From Pirellulales bacterium (lineage in GTDB: Bacteria > Planctomycetota > Planctomycetia > Pirellulales > PALSA-1355): a stretch of DNA of 64,000 bases. Below the pieces are notes generated by a model, which saw only the letters and a program-made list of their open reading frames with translations, had not been told where the DNA came from and ran no database searches. Positions 62,867 through 64,000 of the stretch are shown piece by piece (the first letter of the stretch is position 1; each line of letters opens with the position of its first letter). Both the position numbers and the translations under genes were made by a program. The stretch spans positions 256,001 to 320,000 of the forward strand of contig CAVTBU010000007.1 in NCBI GenBank assembly GCA_963733035.1, written 5' to 3'.

Positions 62867-62876
62867 GTTGGGGCCC

Positions 62877-64000
62877 ATGATGAAAACGCAATCCGAAAGC
62901 CAGCGAACGCGAAGTTCCCAGGAAACGCTTTTCCTGGGGATGTGGTGCTGTCTCGTGCTGGGGTGCTGTGCCGTCGTGCCTCGATCGTTGGCGGCCGAGA
63001 ATGCGACGCCCCTTGAAGCGACGGCTCCCAAGGACGCCTGGCCCGTGTTTCGCGGAGACCCGCTGGCGACCGGTGTGGCTTCCAGCATGCTGCCCGACAA
63101 GCTCGAAGTGCTGTGGAAATTTCATAGCAAGGACCACGGCTTCGAGGCGACCGTGGCGATTGACGACGGACTGGTATTCGCCGGCAGTCTCGACGGAGAA
63201 CTCTATGTGCTTTCGCTGGCCGACGGCAAAGAGAAGTGGCGCTACCACACGGAACTCGGTTTCACCGCGCCGGCCGCGGTACATGACGGCCGCGTGTTTG
63301 CCGGCGATAGCGACGGCCGATTTTATTGCTTCGAGGCCGCCACGGGTAAACCGCTCTGGGGCTTTGAAGCCACGGCCGAAATCAACTCGGGAGCGAATTT
63401 CTACAAAGACAAGGTGCTGTTCGGTTCGCAGGATGCCACGCTCTACTGTCTGAACGCGGCGACGGGCGAGAAGGTTTGGACCTATACGATCGGCGATCAG
63501 ATCCGCTGCCAGCCAACGGTGGTCGAGGGCCGCGCGTTTCTGGCCGGCTGCGACGCCAAACTGCACATTGTCGACCTGGACAAAGGTGAGGCACTGGCGA
63601 CGGTCGAGATTGACGGTCCCACCGGTTCGACACCGGCCGCTAGCGCCGACCGCGTTTATTTCGGCACCGAGGGTGCCAGCTTTTTTGCCATCGATTGGCG
63701 CCAGGCCAAGATCGATTGGGTGATGCGGACCGGCAAAAACATGCCGTTGCGCTCGTCAGCGGCCCTCGATGCGGGGGCGGTGATCTTCGGCGGACGTGAT
63801 AAAATGGTTTATGCGCTAAATCCGCAGGATGGCCACGAGCTGTGGACGTTCCGCACGCGTTCGCGGGTTGATTCATCGCCGGTGATCGTTGGCAACCGCG
63901 TGTTCGTGGGAGCCTCCGACGGCCGCTTGTACGCCCTCGATCGCAAGAGCGGCAAGCAAGTGTGGGACTACGAAGCCGGCGGAGATTTCCTGGCCTCGCC
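62877..64000 (+). CDS. exported PQQ-like beta-propeller (BamB-like) protein, partial, runs off the window
   Basis: Open frame from ATG 62877 with no stop seen (absent from the ORF track); signal-like segment, WPVFRGDPLATGV, repeats GSLDGELYVL..ADGKEKW, GSQDATLYCLNAATGEKVW, SSPVIVGNRVFVG. Confidence 0.9.
   Translation, partial: MMKTQSESQRTRSSQETLFLGMWCCLVLGCCAVVPRSLAAENATPLEATAPKDAWPVFRGDPLATGVASSMLPDKLEVLWKFHSKDHGFEATVAIDDGLVFAGSLDGELYVLSLADGKEKWRYHTELGFTAPAAVHDGRVFAGDSDGRFYCFEAATGKPLWGFEATAEINSGANFYKDKVLFGSQDATLYCLNAATGEKVWTYTIGDQIRCQPTVVEGRAFLAGCDAKLHIVDLDKGEALATVEIDGPTGSTPAASADRVYFGTEGASFFAIDWRQAKIDWVMRTGKNMPLRSSAALDAGAVIFGGRDKMVYALNPQDGHELWTFRTRSRVDSSPVIVGNRVFVGASDGRLYALDRKSGKQVWDYEAGGDFLAS

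Noticed and set aside
61232..63100. 622-aa minus-strand ORF, and other long antisense ORFs such as 10052..11278, 42503..43657, 27277..28353 and 47368..48429
   Set aside because: They are shadows of well-supported genes in high-GC DNA and show no recognisable motifs.

Overview
High-GC bacterial chromosomal segment. Its gene content (PSCyt1/DUF1549/DUF1553 cytochrome, DUF1501/DUF1800, HEAT-repeat and sulfatase genes, hpnCDE) points to Planctomycetota, probably Pirellulales (inference). In order: a tandem array of at least 3, probably 4, paralogous membrane-anchored proteins with a GspG-like C-terminal motif; HEAT-repeat and secreted hypothetical proteins; a LysR gene divergent from the glyoxylate shunt genes aceB-aceA; a structured intergenic element; a class A beta-lactamase-fold hydrolase; a sulfatase; a JmjC/cupin + CelD-type GNAT + YbdK + M20 run; a BlaI repressor with a giant (~4,500 aa once one frameshift is repaired) BlaR1/M56 protein carrying six ~650-700 aa modules, followed by DUF1800-DUF1501; rfbB-rfbA; a redoxin/heme c/Cu-monooxygenase/GAF fusion; a PSD1 cytochrome + DUF1501; a DUF1111 remnant; a Tyr/Pro/Ala-rich lipoprotein; sodA; an HD-GYP/PAS/GGDEF protein; hpnEDC divergent from ispH; a CBS protein; and a GriC/GriD (EhpF/EhpG)-like acid reductase + Fe-ADH + PQQ-propeller cluster running off the right edge. 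Seven apparent small indels split six genes, mostly at short C/A runs or GC repeats, most likely long-read consensus errors. No rRNA, tRNA, CRISPR array, integrase or transposase was recognised. All family calls are from motif recognition by eye, not database searches. Best candidates for undescribed systems: the BlaI/giant-M56/DUF1800/DUF1501 unit, the GriCD-like reductase cluster, the paralog array, and the 12.65-12.86 kb structured element.
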